Part shown: in pieces, positions 18,743-28,112 of the stretch
Numbering within the stretch: position 1 is the stretch's first letter
How the letters are laid out: the number at the start of each line of letters is the position of its first letter
Source: Vicinamibacterales bacterium
GTDB lineage: Bacteria > Acidobacteriota > Vicinamibacteria > Vicinamibacterales > UBA2999
Direction: 5' to 3'
Assembly (NCBI GenBank): GCA_035626435.1
Contig: DASPNQ010000122.1
Location: 108-64,107, forward strand
DNA: 64,000 bases
The notes under the pieces: model-generated
Databases searched by the model: none
The model's input: the letters and a program-made list of their open reading frames with translations, nothing else
What the model was told of the DNA's origin: nothing
Translations under genes and position numbers: made by a program

Positions 18743-20299
18743 CTAGCGGCGGAACATGCGCAGCATGCGCTGCGTGACGAGGAAGCCGCCGGCGATGTTG
18801 ATCGTCGCCAGCAGAATCGCGGCGGCGCCGAGGAGCACGATTGGCGAGGTCGGCGGCCCGCTGACCTGCAGCATGCCGCCAATGACAATGATGCCGCTGA
18901 TCGCGTTCGTGACGCTCATCAGCGGCGTGTGCAGCGCCGGCGTCACGTTCCACACCACCTGCCAGCCGACGATGCACGCCAGCGCGAAGACGGTGAGATG
19001 GGAGAGAAATGCCGGCGGCGCGATCGTACCGAACGCAATCAATGCCGCGGCGGCGACGATCGCGAAGACCGGCCCGGCGGCGCTGCGCTTTTTTTCGACC
19101 CTGACGGCCTGCGCCGCGGGCAGCTTCGGAGCCGCCTTCGGATCCGGCGGCAGTACTGCGGGTGGCCGCGCCGGAGGCGGCCACAGTAATTCGCCTTCGC
19201 GCAATACCAGCGCGCCGCGCACGACCTCGTCGGCGAGATCGAGATGGAAGTGGCTGGCGCCGCCGAGGTCGGCCAGCAGATGCGTCAGGTTGTTGCCGAA
19301 CAGCAGGCTCGCGGTCGGCGCCAGGCGGCTCGGCAGATCGGTGTAGCCCAGGATGTGGACGCCGTAGCGATCGACGACTTGTCCGGGAACCGTCAGCGCG
19401 CAGTTGCCGCCGTTTTCCGCCGCGAGGTCGACGATCACCGACCCCTTCTTCATCGACTTGACCATCTCCTCGGTGATCAAGATCGGCGCGGGACGGTTCG
19501 GGATCAGCGCGGTGGTGATGATGATGTCGACGTCCTTCGCCTGCGCGGCGAACATCTCCATCTCCGCCTTGATGAACGCCGGGCTCATCTCCTTGGCGTA
19601 GCCGCCCGCACCCTCGCCGTCTTCTTCGACGTTGAGCTCGATGAACTCGGCGCCCATGCTCTTGACTTGCTCTTTGACGGTCGGACGGGTGTCGAAGGCG
19701 CGCACGATGGCGCCCATTCCGCGCGCGGCGCCGATCGCCGCAAGGCCGGCAACGCCCGCGCCAATCACCAGAATCTTCGCGGGAGGCACGCGCCCCGCCG
19801 CCGTCATCTGGCCGGTGAAAAAACGTCCGTAGAAGCTTGCCGCTTCGACGACGGCGCGATAGCCGGCAATGTTGGCCATCGAGGACAGCGCGTCCATTTT
19901 CTGAGCGCGCGTGATGCGGGGAATCTGGTCGATTGCAATCGCGGTCGCCTTGCGCGCCGCCAGCTTGTCGATGATCTCTTTGTTCTTGCCGGGGTACAGG
20001 AACGAGATGATCGTGCCGCCCTCGCGCAACAGCTCGGCCTCGTGCACGCCGAGCGACGGGTGCACGGACGGCGGCTGCACTTTGAGGACGATATCCCCGG
20101 TCTGCCAGATCGCCCGTGTATCACCGATGATTTCAGCCCCTGCCGCGGCGTAGTCATCGTCGCCAAACGACGCGCCCTCGCCGGCGCCGGTTTCGACCGC
20201 GACCGCAAAGCCCATCTTGATCAACCGCGCGACGTTCTCGGGGGTGACCGCAACCCGGCGTTCTCCAGGGCGGCATTCTTTCGGGACGGCGAGCTTCAC
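18743..20299 (-). CDS. pntA: NAD(P) transhydrogenase subunit alpha (dI plus dII membrane part fused)
   Basis: Alanine-dehydrogenase-like dI domain ([20 protein letters not shown]), a Pro-rich linker and C-terminal TM helices. GTG start. 4-bp gap to pntB. Confidence 0.95.
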   Translation of the reverse strand: MKLAVPKECRPGERRVAVTPENVARLIKMGFAVAVETGAGEGASFGDDDYAAAGAEIIGDTRAIWQTGDIVLKVQPPSVHPSLGVHEAELLREGGTIISFLYPGKNKEIIDKLAARKATAIAIDQIPRITRAQKMDALSSMANIAGYRAVVEAASFYGRFFTGQMTAAGRVPPAKILVIGAGVAGLAAIGAARGMGAIVRAFDTRPTVKEQVKSMGAEFIELNVEEDGEGAGGYAKEMSPAFIKAEMEMFAAQAKDVDIIITTALIPNRPAPILITEEMVKSMKKGSVIVDLAAENGGNCALTVPGQVVDRYGVHILGYTDLPSRLAPTASLLFGNNLTHLLADLGGASHFHLDLADEVVRGALVLREGELLWPPPARPPAVLPPDPKAAPKLPAAQAVRVEKKRSAAGPVFAIVAAAALIAFGTIAPPAFLSHLTVFALACIVGWQVVWNVTPALHTPLMSVTNAISGIIVIGGMLQVSGPPTSPIVLLGAAAILLATINIAGGFLVTQRMLRMFRR

Positions 20300-20316
20300 T
20301 CGGAGGGAATTATATG

Positions 20317-20372
20317 CAGCTTTCAGCTTTCGGCGATCAGCTATCAGCTATCGGCGGTCAGCTATCAGCCGG
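20317..20372 (+). repeat. Eight tandem heptamers of the TCAGC family (cagcttt cagcttt cggcgat cagctat cagctat cggcggt cagctat cagccgg)
   Basis: Read directly. Fills most of the spacer between the pntA start and the MATE gene stop. Confidence 0.9.
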
Positions 20373-20379
20373 CCGTAGC

Positions 20380-21714
20380 TCAAGCGAGCTTCAACCGGAA
20401 CTCGCGCTGTAGCATCAGCAGGTTGACGGTCATCTGCAGCAGCACGGCGAAAACGCCGAGGTACCAGATCCACGTCAGATGAAAGCCGGCCATTCGCGAG
20501 AGCATGATCGCGGGTATCACGCTGATCAGCAGCCGCAGCGCAGAGGTCACCAGCGACGGAATCGTATTGCCGAGCGCCTGAAACATGCTCGAGCTGACGA
20601 AGGTGATGCCCGACGCGACGAACGTGAACGCGACGATGCGGAGGTACTCGACGCCGACGCCGATGACGTCGGGATCGTTCGTGAAGACGGCCATCATCGG
20701 CCGGGCCGCGGCAAACGCGCCAATCGCCGCGATCAGCATCGCACCAGCCGCCATCGCCGCCGCCGTCCTGAAGGCCGCGCGCACGCGGTCGCCCTTCTTC
20801 GCGGCAAAGTTCTGTCCGGCGACCGGAGCGACGGCGAAACCGAGCGCGACCACCGGCAGGAATGCGGACTGCACGATTCGCAAACCGATCGTGAAGCCGC
20901 CCTGCGCCGCCGCCCCGAACGGTTTGGTGATCGCGTAGACCACGGCCAGATAGACACCCATCAACGCGAATTCCAGGCCCGCCGGTAGCCCGATTTTCAG
21001 CATCTGCCACCACACCTTCACTTGCGGCGACCAGTGCCCGAAGTGAAACCGCAGATACGCTTTCGCGTCGATGAAGTAAATCGAGATCCACGCGACGCCG
21101 ATGGCGATCGCCACGAGGGTCGAGACCGCCGCACCCGCGACGCCCCACGCCGGAAACGGCCCCCAGCCAAAAATCAGAAACGGCGCGAGCACGATGTTGA
21201 TGATCACGGTACCGGTCTGCACCAGCATGCCGGGTTTGAAATTGCCTGTACCCCGCAGCGCTGCGCCCATCGCGACCATCGCAAACTGCAGCGCCATCGC
21301 CGGAATGAACCAGAGCAGGTACTCCTCGGTTGCGAGCCGCATCCCTTCGCTCGCGCTCTGGCTAGCCGCGTAGTGATGGCGGAACAGCATCGCCACCGCC
21401 AGGAAGATCACCGCGACGACCATCGACAGCACCTGCGACTGGTTGAACAGGAAGATCGCGTGTTCCTGATCCTTGCGGCCCGACGCATGCGAAACGAGCG
21501 TCGTCGCGCCGACGCCGAGCACCTGCGTAATCGCCATGACGATGAACGAGAGATTGCCGGCCAGTCCGACGGCTGCAATCGCGTCGGTGCCGAGACGGCC
21601 GACCCAGAACAGATCGACCAGGATGTAGAGCGTCTGGAAGACCATGCTGACCAGCATGAAGCCGGTAGTTTTGAGGAGGTGGTTCGTGAGGGAACCGGTG
21701 GTGAGGTCCTGCAC
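20380..21714 (-). CDS. MATE-family efflux transporter
   Basis: 12-TM profile and an N-terminal LLKTTGFMLVSMVFQTLYILVDLFWVGRLG pattern typical of NorM/MATE. Confidence 0.9.
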   Translation of the reverse strand: MQDLTTGSLTNHLLKTTGFMLVSMVFQTLYILVDLFWVGRLGTDAIAAVGLAGNLSFIVMAITQVLGVGATTLVSHASGRKDQEHAIFLFNQSQVLSMVVAVIFLAVAMLFRHHYAASQSASEGMRLATEEYLLWFIPAMALQFAMVAMGAALRGTGNFKPGMLVQTGTVIINIVLAPFLIFGWGPFPAWGVAGAAVSTLVAIAIGVAWISIYFIDAKAYLRFHFGHWSPQVKVWWQMLKIGLPAGLEFALMGVYLAVVYAITKPFGAAAQGGFTIGLRIVQSAFLPVVALGFAVAPVAGQNFAAKKGDRVRAAFRTAAAMAAGAMLIAAIGAFAAARPMMAVFTNDPDVIGVGVEYLRIVAFTFVASGITFVSSSMFQALGNTIPSLVTSALRLLISVIPAIMLSRMAGFHLTWIWYLGVFAVLLQMTVNLLMLQREFRLKLA

Positions 21715-21830
21715 GACGGCAGTCTAGCTGAACACTACGACAGGCGTGGGAGAATCTGCTGCGACATCAGTGTTATGGTGCCCCTCCCTGTGCCACAGAC
21801 GCGGCTCGTGACAATCTAGCAGGTGCGATT

Positions 21831-23630
21831 TTGATTCGAGATTTGCGTGCGGTGCTCGGGTGGCTGCCAGGACGAGAGCGGTGGCGGTGGCTGGCGCTGC
21901 TGCCGATCGCCGGCGCTGCGGCGGTCGTCGAGGCGGCAGGCGCGCTCGCCGTGTTCGGGTTGCTGCGGCTGGTCGTCGATCCCGATCAGGTGCGCACCGC
22001 ACCGGTAGTGTCGCGGCTCTGGACGATGTGGCCCGCCGACGATCCGCGAGTGATCGTCGCCGCGCTGGCGCTGGGCGTCGGCGTATTCTATCTGCTGCGC
22101 GGAGCGTTTCTCGCGTGGGTCGAATGGCTGCGGCTCGGCACCGTCTACCGGTCGGCCGCGGTCGCCGCGGAACGTCTGCTGGCGAGATACCTGGCTGCTG
22201 ATTACCTGTTTCACGTCAGACGCCGGTCGGCGTCGCTGATTGAGCCGATGGCCCGGGCGGCGGATATCGCGTACGAACTGTCGGCCGGATCGGCTGTGGC
22301 GATCTTCGCCGAAGCGGTGATCATCGCCGCGCTCGTCGCGGTACTGATGGTCTCCGCGCCGCCAATCACCCTCGTCACCGTCGCCATCATCCTGGCAATC
22401 GTCGCCGTGCCGATTGCGGTGATGCGGCGATCGTGGGAAACCATCGGCGAGACCGAGCGGCAGCTGTATCAACAGCAATTACATTTGCTGCAGCAGAGTC
22501 TGGGCGCCATCAAGGACGTCAAGGTGACCGGCCGGCAAACGTTCTTCGAGACGCAATTCCGTCACCTCAAGCGCGAGCTTGGGTCCACGAAGCAGCGGCG
22601 CGGGTGGGCGGCGACGGTGGCGCGTCTCGGCGTCGAAGCGACGCTGATCCTCGGCATGTTGCTCGTGGTGTTCCTGGTGATGCGACAAAGCGTGTCGAGC
22701 GGCGAGACCATTTCGATTCTCGCGTTGTTTGCCTATACCGGCTTCCGCGTCGTGCCGTCGGCAAACCGCATCATGCTGCACGCCGGTTACATGCGCGAGG
22801 CCCAGCCGTGGATTCGCGCGATGGATGACGACATGCGTCATCTGCGAGTGCCGCCGGCGCGGCCCTACGACCACGATCGGCCGATGCTCCAGCGGACGCT
22901 CTCGTGTGATGGCGTCTCGTATCGTTATGACGACACGGCGTCGTCGGCGCTCGAGGACGTATCGTTCACGATCGCCCGAGGCCAGTCGGTCGGCATCGTC
23001 GGACCGACGGGCGCAGGGAAAAGCACGCTGGTCGACGTGCTGCTCGGGCTGCTGCCGCCGACCCGCGGCAGCGTGCTGATCGACGGCGAGCCGCTGGAGG
23101 GACGCGAGCGCGCGTGGCAGCGGCAGATCGGTTACGTGCCGCAGGAGGTCTACCTGCTCGACGATACGCTGCGCCGCAATATCGCGTTCGGATTGCCCGA
23201 CGCGTCGATCGATGAAGCACGGCTCGCCAAAGCGGTGTCGCAGGCACGGCTCGACGAAGTGGTGGCGTTGCTGCCATCGCGTCTCGATACGATCGTTGGC
23301 GAGAACGGCGTTCGCTTGTCAGGAGGACAGCGGCAAAGGGTGGCGATTGCGCGCGCCTTGTATCATGACCCGCCCGTACTGTTTTTCGATGAAGCAACGG
23401 CTGCGCTCGACAATCAGACCGAGCGGGAAGTCACCGACGCGATCGCCCATCTTCGCCAGAGCGAAGGCGGCAGCGACGGACACGGCCCACGCACGGTCAT
23501 TGCGATCGCGCATCGCCTGTCCACGGTCAAGCACTGCGATCAGTTGATCTATCTGCGAGACGGGCGCGTCGCAGGCCTCGGCACCTATCAGGCGCTGATC
23601 AGCGATCCCGAATTTCGGCGTCTGACGTGA
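21831..23630 (+). CDS. ABC exporter, fused permease and ATPase (MsbA/PglK-like type I exporter)
   Basis: 6-TM N-half, Walker A GPTGAGKST, signature LSGGQRQRVAIARAL, Walker B LFFDEATAALD. Confidence 0.9.
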   Translation: MIRDLRAVLGWLPGRERWRWLALLPIAGAAAVVEAAGALAVFGLLRLVVDPDQVRTAPVVSRLWTMWPADDPRVIVAALALGVGVFYLLRGAFLAWVEWLRLGTVYRSAAVAAERLLARYLAADYLFHVRRRSASLIEPMARAADIAYELSAGSAVAIFAEAVIIAALVAVLMVSAPPITLVTVAIILAIVAVPIAVMRRSWETIGETERQLYQQQLHLLQQSLGAIKDVKVTGRQTFFETQFRHLKRELGSTKQRRGWAATVARLGVEATLILGMLLVVFLVMRQSVSSGETISILALFAYTGFRVVPSANRIMLHAGYMREAQPWIRAMDDDMRHLRVPPARPYDHDRPMLQRTLSCDGVSYRYDDTASSALEDVSFTIARGQSVGIVGPTGAGKSTLVDVLLGLLPPTRGSVLIDGEPLEGRERAWQRQIGYVPQEVYLLDDTLRRNIAFGLPDASIDEARLAKAVSQARLDEVVALLPSRLDTIVGENGVRLSGGQRQRVAIARALYHDPPVLFFDEATAALDNQTEREVTDAIAHLRQSEGGSDGHGPRTVIAIAHRLSTVKHCDQLIYLRDGRVAGLGTYQALISDPEFRRLT

Positions 23631-23645
23631 GGCCGCACGCCCCCG

Positions 23646-24629
23646 CTAACGGGCGCCGACGTCGGCGGTCGCGAGGGCGATCAGCGACAGCAGCAACGTG
23701 ATCCCGTACAAGATGATCACCGTGCGTCGTACCGACCAGCCAAGCGCTAGCAAGCGGTGATGGATGTGATGCCGGTCGGGCTCCGCGATTCTGCGCAAGG
23801 TGGCCACGAGCGTGCGCCCATGCGGCGGCGTCGGCACGCTGCGCCGCAACAGCGCCAACGCGCTGTCGGCGATTGGCAATGCGAAGATCATCAACGGCAC
23901 ACCCGCCGCGAGTGCGGTCGCCCCTTTTTGCCACCCCGTGATGGCGGTGGCGGCGAGCAGGAAGCCGGCGACCAGGCTGCCGCTGTCCCCCAGGAAAATC
24001 GACGCCGGCTCGAAGTTGTAGACCAGGAAGCCCAGCGCCGCACCGACCAGCGCCACCAGCAAAATGGCTTCGGCGCTGTGGCCACGTGCGATCAAGATCG
24101 CGGCACAGGCGGAGCCGGCAAGGACGACGACGCCCGCGGCCAGGCCGTCCACGCCGTCGATCAGGTTGAACGCGTTGGTCAGTCCGATCAGCCAGAGCGC
24201 CGTAACCGGCCACGCCAGCCAGCCCAGCGACCAGGTGTCGCCGAACAGCGTCACCCGCTCGATCAAGAGGCCGGACGACATCATCACGACCGCCGCCGCG
24301 GTTTCGAACAGCAGCTTCGGCGCCGGTCCCAACCCTCGCACGTCGTCGATTACGCCGGCCAGGAAGATCAGCGCGCCGGCGAGAAGAAAGGGACGCATCG
24401 CGTCCGACTGATCGGGCGTCAACGGGAAAAACACACCGGCCAGCAGCACGGCGAGCATCGCCGACCCGATGACCGCGACGCCGCCGAGGCGGGGTAGCGA
24501 TTGCAGATGAACCTTCCGGCCGCCTGGGGCGTCTACCAATCCAAGCACGGTCGAGATCCGTCCAATCAGCGGGGTTAGCATCAGGGCCAGGACGGCGCCA
24601 CTGACGCCAAGCAGCAGGTACACAGTCAC
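23646..24629 (-). CDS. WecA/MraY-superfamily polyprenyl-phosphate HexNAc-1-phosphate transferase
   Basis: NAFNLIDGVDGLAAG motif, LGDSGS block and multi-TM character. The track start (24689) would overlap the divergent gene by 60 bp. A GTG at 24629 (VTVYLLLGV...) abuts it exactly. Start uncertain. Confidence 0.85.
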   Translation of the reverse strand: MTVYLLLGVSGAVLALMLTPLIGRISTVLGLVDAPGGRKVHLQSLPRLGGVAVIGSAMLAVLLAGVFFPLTPDQSDAMRPFLLAGALIFLAGVIDDVRGLGPAPKLLFETAAAVVMMSSGLLIERVTLFGDTWSLGWLAWPVTALWLIGLTNAFNLIDGVDGLAAGVVVLAGSACAAILIARGHSAEAILLVALVGAALGFLVYNFEPASIFLGDSGSLVAGFLLAATAITGWQKGATALAAGVPLMIFALPIADSALALLRRSVPTPPHGRTLVATLRRIAEPDRHHIHHRLLALGWSVRRTVIILYGITLLLSLIALATADVGAR

Positions 24630-25859
24630 ATGCGAACCGCCGTTATCGTAGTCGGAGATCTGGGTCGCAGCCCACGGATGCAGTATCACGCCGCATCGCT
24701 GGCCGCCGCCGGCAGCGATGTCGACCTGATCGGTCTCGAAGGCGCGGCGGTGATGCGGATGTTGGCCTCAGACCCCCGGATTCGCGTGCACCGAATCCGA
24801 GACCGCGCGTTCGCCGGGCGTGCCCGCGGCGGAGTACGACGATTCGTGTACGGATCGGCCGCGCGCGGTATTCAGCAAGCCATCACCATCTTCGTGACAT
24901 CGATGCGCATCGCCAGGCCCGACGTGATCCTGGTCCAGAACCCGCCGGCGTTTCCGACGCTGTTCGTCGGCTGGCTGGTGGCGCGTCTGCGCGGCGCGCG
25001 CTTCATCATCGACTGGCACAACCTCTCGCACACGATCGCCGCGGTCAAGGTCGGGATCCATCATCGCGCGGTCAAGGCGCTGGCACGCAGCGAACGGCGT
25101 TGGGCGAGGCGCGCCGACGCACATCTGACGGTCTCGAAGACGTTTGCCGAATGGCTGAAGCGCGAGTACGGCGTCGTCGCGACGGTTGTCTACGATCGGC
25201 CCTCGTCGGCATTCGTACGGCCGACGCCCGAAGCCGCATCTGCGCTGTGGCAAAAGCTGGTGCGCGAGGCGCAACTGCCCGATGCGCGGTTGCCGATTGT
25301 GGTCTGTCCCACGAGCTGGACGCCCGATGAAGACTTCGATTTGCTCCTCGAGGCGCTCGAGCGTGCCGAGCGCACACTGACGCGGCAGCATGGTGACGCG
25401 CCGGCGCTGGCCGTGCTCCTGACCGGTCGTGGCCCGCTACGCGAGACGTTCGAGACCCGGCTGGCGCGCCGCAATCTGAAGGCGATCGTCGTCCGGATGT
25501 TGTGGCTGGAGCCCGAAGACTATCCGACGCTGGTCGGCATGGCCGATCTTGGGTTGTGCCTGCACCAGTCGTCGTCCGGCCTCGATTTGCCGATGAAGCT
25601 CGCCGATCTGAGCGGGGCCGGCATCCCGGTCGCGGTCTATGACTACTCGCCGGTGCTCGGCGAAGTGATGACCGCAGGGCAGCACGGCACGCTGTTCCGC
25701 GACCCGGGCGACCTCGCCGCGCTGTTGGTGGCCGCGGCAACCGGCACGGTGACACCGGATTCGCCGGTGGCGAAGTCGCGTGTGTGGCTGGCACAGCATC
25801 CGCCCGAGCGATGGTCCGAGCAGTGGGATGCGACGGCCCGCGCGGTGCTGGTGCGATAG
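24630..25859 (+). CDS. ALG1-like (CAZy GT33-type) beta-1,4-mannosyltransferase homologue lacking an N-terminal TM anchor
   Basis: Collinear conserved blocks recalled from eukaryotic ALG1: GDLGRSPRMQYHA, ILVQNPPAFP, IIDWHNL, YDRP, TSWTPDEDF, LTGRGPLRE, WLEPEDYP, LHQSSSGLDLPMK. Confidence 0.85.
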   Translation: MRTAVIVVGDLGRSPRMQYHAASLAAAGSDVDLIGLEGAAVMRMLASDPRIRVHRIRDRAFAGRARGGVRRFVYGSAARGIQQAITIFVTSMRIARPDVILVQNPPAFPTLFVGWLVARLRGARFIIDWHNLSHTIAAVKVGIHHRAVKALARSERRWARRADAHLTVSKTFAEWLKREYGVVATVVYDRPSSAFVRPTPEAASALWQKLVREAQLPDARLPIVVCPTSWTPDEDFDLLLEALERAERTLTRQHGDAPALAVLLTGRGPLRETFETRLARRNLKAIVVRMLWLEPEDYPTLVGMADLGLCLHQSSSGLDLPMKLADLSGAGIPVAVYDYSPVLGEVMTAGQHGTLFRDPGDLAALLVAAATGTVTPDSPVAKSRVWLAQHPPERWSEQWDATARAVLVR

Positions 25860-25912
25860 CGCATACGACGCGATCGCTCGCGGATGCGCGACGTGCCTGG
25901 CAGCCGAGTAGA

Positions 25913-27541
25913 ATGACTCGGTTCATGATGCTCCCCATCTCCGACGTTGCCGCCCGGCTTGGACTCACGCCTGATCTGCTCGAACCTTACGGACATGCCA
26001 TCGCCAAGATCAAGCTCGAAGCGCTCGAACGCTTTCCGGCTCGGCGCGGCAAGCTGATCCTCGTCACGGCGATCACGCCGACGACCAGCGGTGAAGGCAA
26101 GACCGTTAATACCATCGGTCTCACCCAGGGGCTGGTGAAGCTTGGCCACAATGCCGTCGCCGCGTTGCGCGAGCCGTCGCTGGGTCCGGTGTTCGGCATG
26201 AAGGGCGGCGCGACCGGTGGCGGCAAGGCGTCACTCTCGCCAATCGATCGCATCAACCTGCATTTCACCGGCGACTTTCACGCGATCACCTCGGCGCATA
26301 ACCTGCTCGCCGCGCTGATCGACACGCACCTGCACTTCGGAAACGACCTGCGGCTCGATGCCAAAGAGATTCTGTGGCCGCGATGCATGGACATGAACGA
26401 TCGTGCGCTGCGGCGCATCGCCACCGGCCTCGGCGGCCGCGAAAGCGGTCCGGCGCGGGAGACCGGCTTTGTGATCACGGCCGCATCCGAGATCATGGCG
26501 ATCCTCGCACTTGCCGACGGCCGCGCCGATTTGCGCCAGCGGCTCGGACGAATCGTGGTCGGCTTCAATTACGACGGCAAGCCGGTGACGGCCGCGGATC
26601 TGAAGGCGGTCGGCCCGATGATGCTGCTGCTCAACGATGCCTTGATGCCGAACCTGGTGCAGACCACCGAGGGCGCGCCGGCGATCGTGCATTGCGGTCC
26701 GTTCGCGAACATCGCGCACGGCACGAGCAGCGTGCTCGCGCAACGGATCGGCCTGCACCTCGCCGACTTCGTCGTCAACGAAACGGGCTTCGCCGCCGAT
26801 CTTGGGGCGGAAAAGTTTTTCGATCTGGTGATGCCGATGTGCGGACACGTGCCGGCCGCGGCGGCGGTGATCGTGACGTTGAAGGCTCTGCGCACGCAGG
26901 GCGGCTCGCCCGACGGACCGGTCGATCTGGGATTTCCAAACCTCGCACGGCATTTCGACAACCTGAAACGGTGGGGTGTGCAGCCGGTCATCGCCTTGAA
27001 TCGGTTCCCTGGCGACAAGGATGACGACCTCGATCAAGTGCTGAAGTATTGCCGCACCCTCGGTGCGGACGCGGCGATTTGCGAAGGCTACACCAAGGGC
27101 GGCGAAGGGATGCAGGACCTGGCCGCAAAGATCGTGGCGGTCGCGTCGACGGCGGACCCGTCGAAGGTGAAGCCGATTTACGCTCGTGAGCAGTCGTTGA
27201 CCGAGAAGATCGCCGCCGTTGCCACGCAGGTCTATGGCGCCGAGCGGGTGTCGTTCAAGCCCGCTGCAAAATCGCGCCTCGAAAAGTTCGAGCAGCTTGG
27301 CTACGGCAAGTTGCCGGTCTGTATCGCCAAGACGCAGTACTCGTTCACCGACGATCCCAAGCAGGCCGGCGCGCCGATCGGCTGGCCGTTGACGATCAGC
27401 GACGTCACGCTGTCAGCCGGTGCCGGGTTCGTGGTGGCGATCGCTGGAGCGATGATGCTGATGCCAGGCCTGGGCAAAGTACCGCAGGCCCAGAAGCTGG
27501 ACGTCGACGATCAGGGACGAGCGATCGGGATGGAATACTGA
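25913..27541 (+). CDS. fhs: Formate--tetrahydrofolate ligase
   Basis: PTTSGEGKTVNTIGL P-loop block and full-length collinear FTHFS pattern. Start chosen at MTRFMMLPISD, in frame within track ORF 25784. Confidence 0.95.
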   Translation: MTRFMMLPISDVAARLGLTPDLLEPYGHAIAKIKLEALERFPARRGKLILVTAITPTTSGEGKTVNTIGLTQGLVKLGHNAVAALREPSLGPVFGMKGGATGGGKASLSPIDRINLHFTGDFHAITSAHNLLAALIDTHLHFGNDLRLDAKEILWPRCMDMNDRALRRIATGLGGRESGPARETGFVITAASEIMAILALADGRADLRQRLGRIVVGFNYDGKPVTAADLKAVGPMMLLLNDALMPNLVQTTEGAPAIVHCGPFANIAHGTSSVLAQRIGLHLADFVVNETGFAADLGAEKFFDLVMPMCGHVPAAAAVIVTLKALRTQGGSPDGPVDLGFPNLARHFDNLKRWGVQPVIALNRFPGDKDDDLDQVLKYCRTLGADAAICEGYTKGGEGMQDLAAKIVAVASTADPSKVKPIYAREQSLTEKIAAVATQVYGAERVSFKPAAKSRLEKFEQLGYGKLPVCIAKTQYSFTDDPKQAGAPIGWPLTISDVTLSAGAGFVVAIAGAMMLMPGLGKVPQAQKLDVDDQGRAIGMEY

Positions 27542-27542
27542 T

Positions 27543-27584
27543 CCGGGAGCCGGGAGCCGGGAGCCGGGAGCGGGGAGCCGGTGG
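27543..27584 (+). repeat. Six tandem heptamers CCGGGAG (ccgggag x4, cggggag, ccggtgg)
   Basis: Read directly, starting immediately after the fhs stop codon. Confidence 0.9.
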
Positions 27585-27712
27585 GTAGGTAGAAGCGGGC
27601 GGCGGGAGCCCATACTGTCGATTTTCAACTCGCTGATACGTCATTGAGCAGAAGCGGATTCGCGGCTGTGCGCGGTGCGCGGCGCGTCAATCCCGACAAG
27701 GAGCAGTGTTCA

Positions 27713-28060
27713 ATGGCTCAATTCATCCTGTTGCTGCACGACGCCGGCCGGTGGGACGCGGACATGAGCCCGGATCAGATGCAGGCGATCATCCAGCGCT
27801 ACATTGCATGGCGCGCCAAGGTGCAGCAGAACGGACGCGCGATCGAGGGCCACAAGTTGTACGACGGCCAAGGCCGCGTCATGCGCGGATCCGGTGGGGC
27901 GCTGAAAGTGACCGACGGTCCGTACGCGGAATCCCGCGAGGTGATTGGCGGGTTGTTCCTGATCGAAGCCGACAGTTACGACGAAGTGCTGGAGCTGGCG
28001 AAAGATTGCCCTCACCTTGACTTCGGCTCGATCGAAATCCGACAGGTTCAGCCGACGTAG
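27713..28060 (+). CDS. YciI-family (DGPF-domain) protein
   Basis: MAQFILLLH..., TDGPYAESREVIGGLFLIEADSYDEVLELAKDCP. Strong AAGGAG Shine-Dalgarno about 9 nt upstream. Confidence 0.85.
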   Translation: MAQFILLLHDAGRWDADMSPDQMQAIIQRYIAWRAKVQQNGRAIEGHKLYDGQGRVMRGSGGALKVTDGPYAESREVIGGLFLIEADSYDEVLELAKDCPHLDFGSIEIRQVQPT

Positions 28061-28112
28061 CCACGCGGCAACGCCGGCCTGACGTATCCACGCGTATTTG
28101 GCGGCTCCTGCC

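Noticed and set aside
17276-19189. 637-aa ORF on the + strand
   Set aside because: It is antisense to the unmistakable pntB/pntA genes. Its translation is Arg/Asp/His/Gly-rich low-complexity sequence typical of the reverse frame of high-GC genes, with no motifs.
19244-20482. 412-aa + strand ORF spanning pntA and the heptamer array
   Set aside because: It is antisense to pntA. Its tail ([13 protein letters not shown]) is simply the translated heptamer array.
24630-24689. Longest-ORF start of the WecA-like gene (MILHPWAATQISDYDNGGSH...)
   Set aside because: It would overlap the ALG1-like coding region by 60 bp, and the extra residues are not part of the WecA first TM helix. The GTG at 24629 is more plausible, though this is unresolved and reported as a finding.
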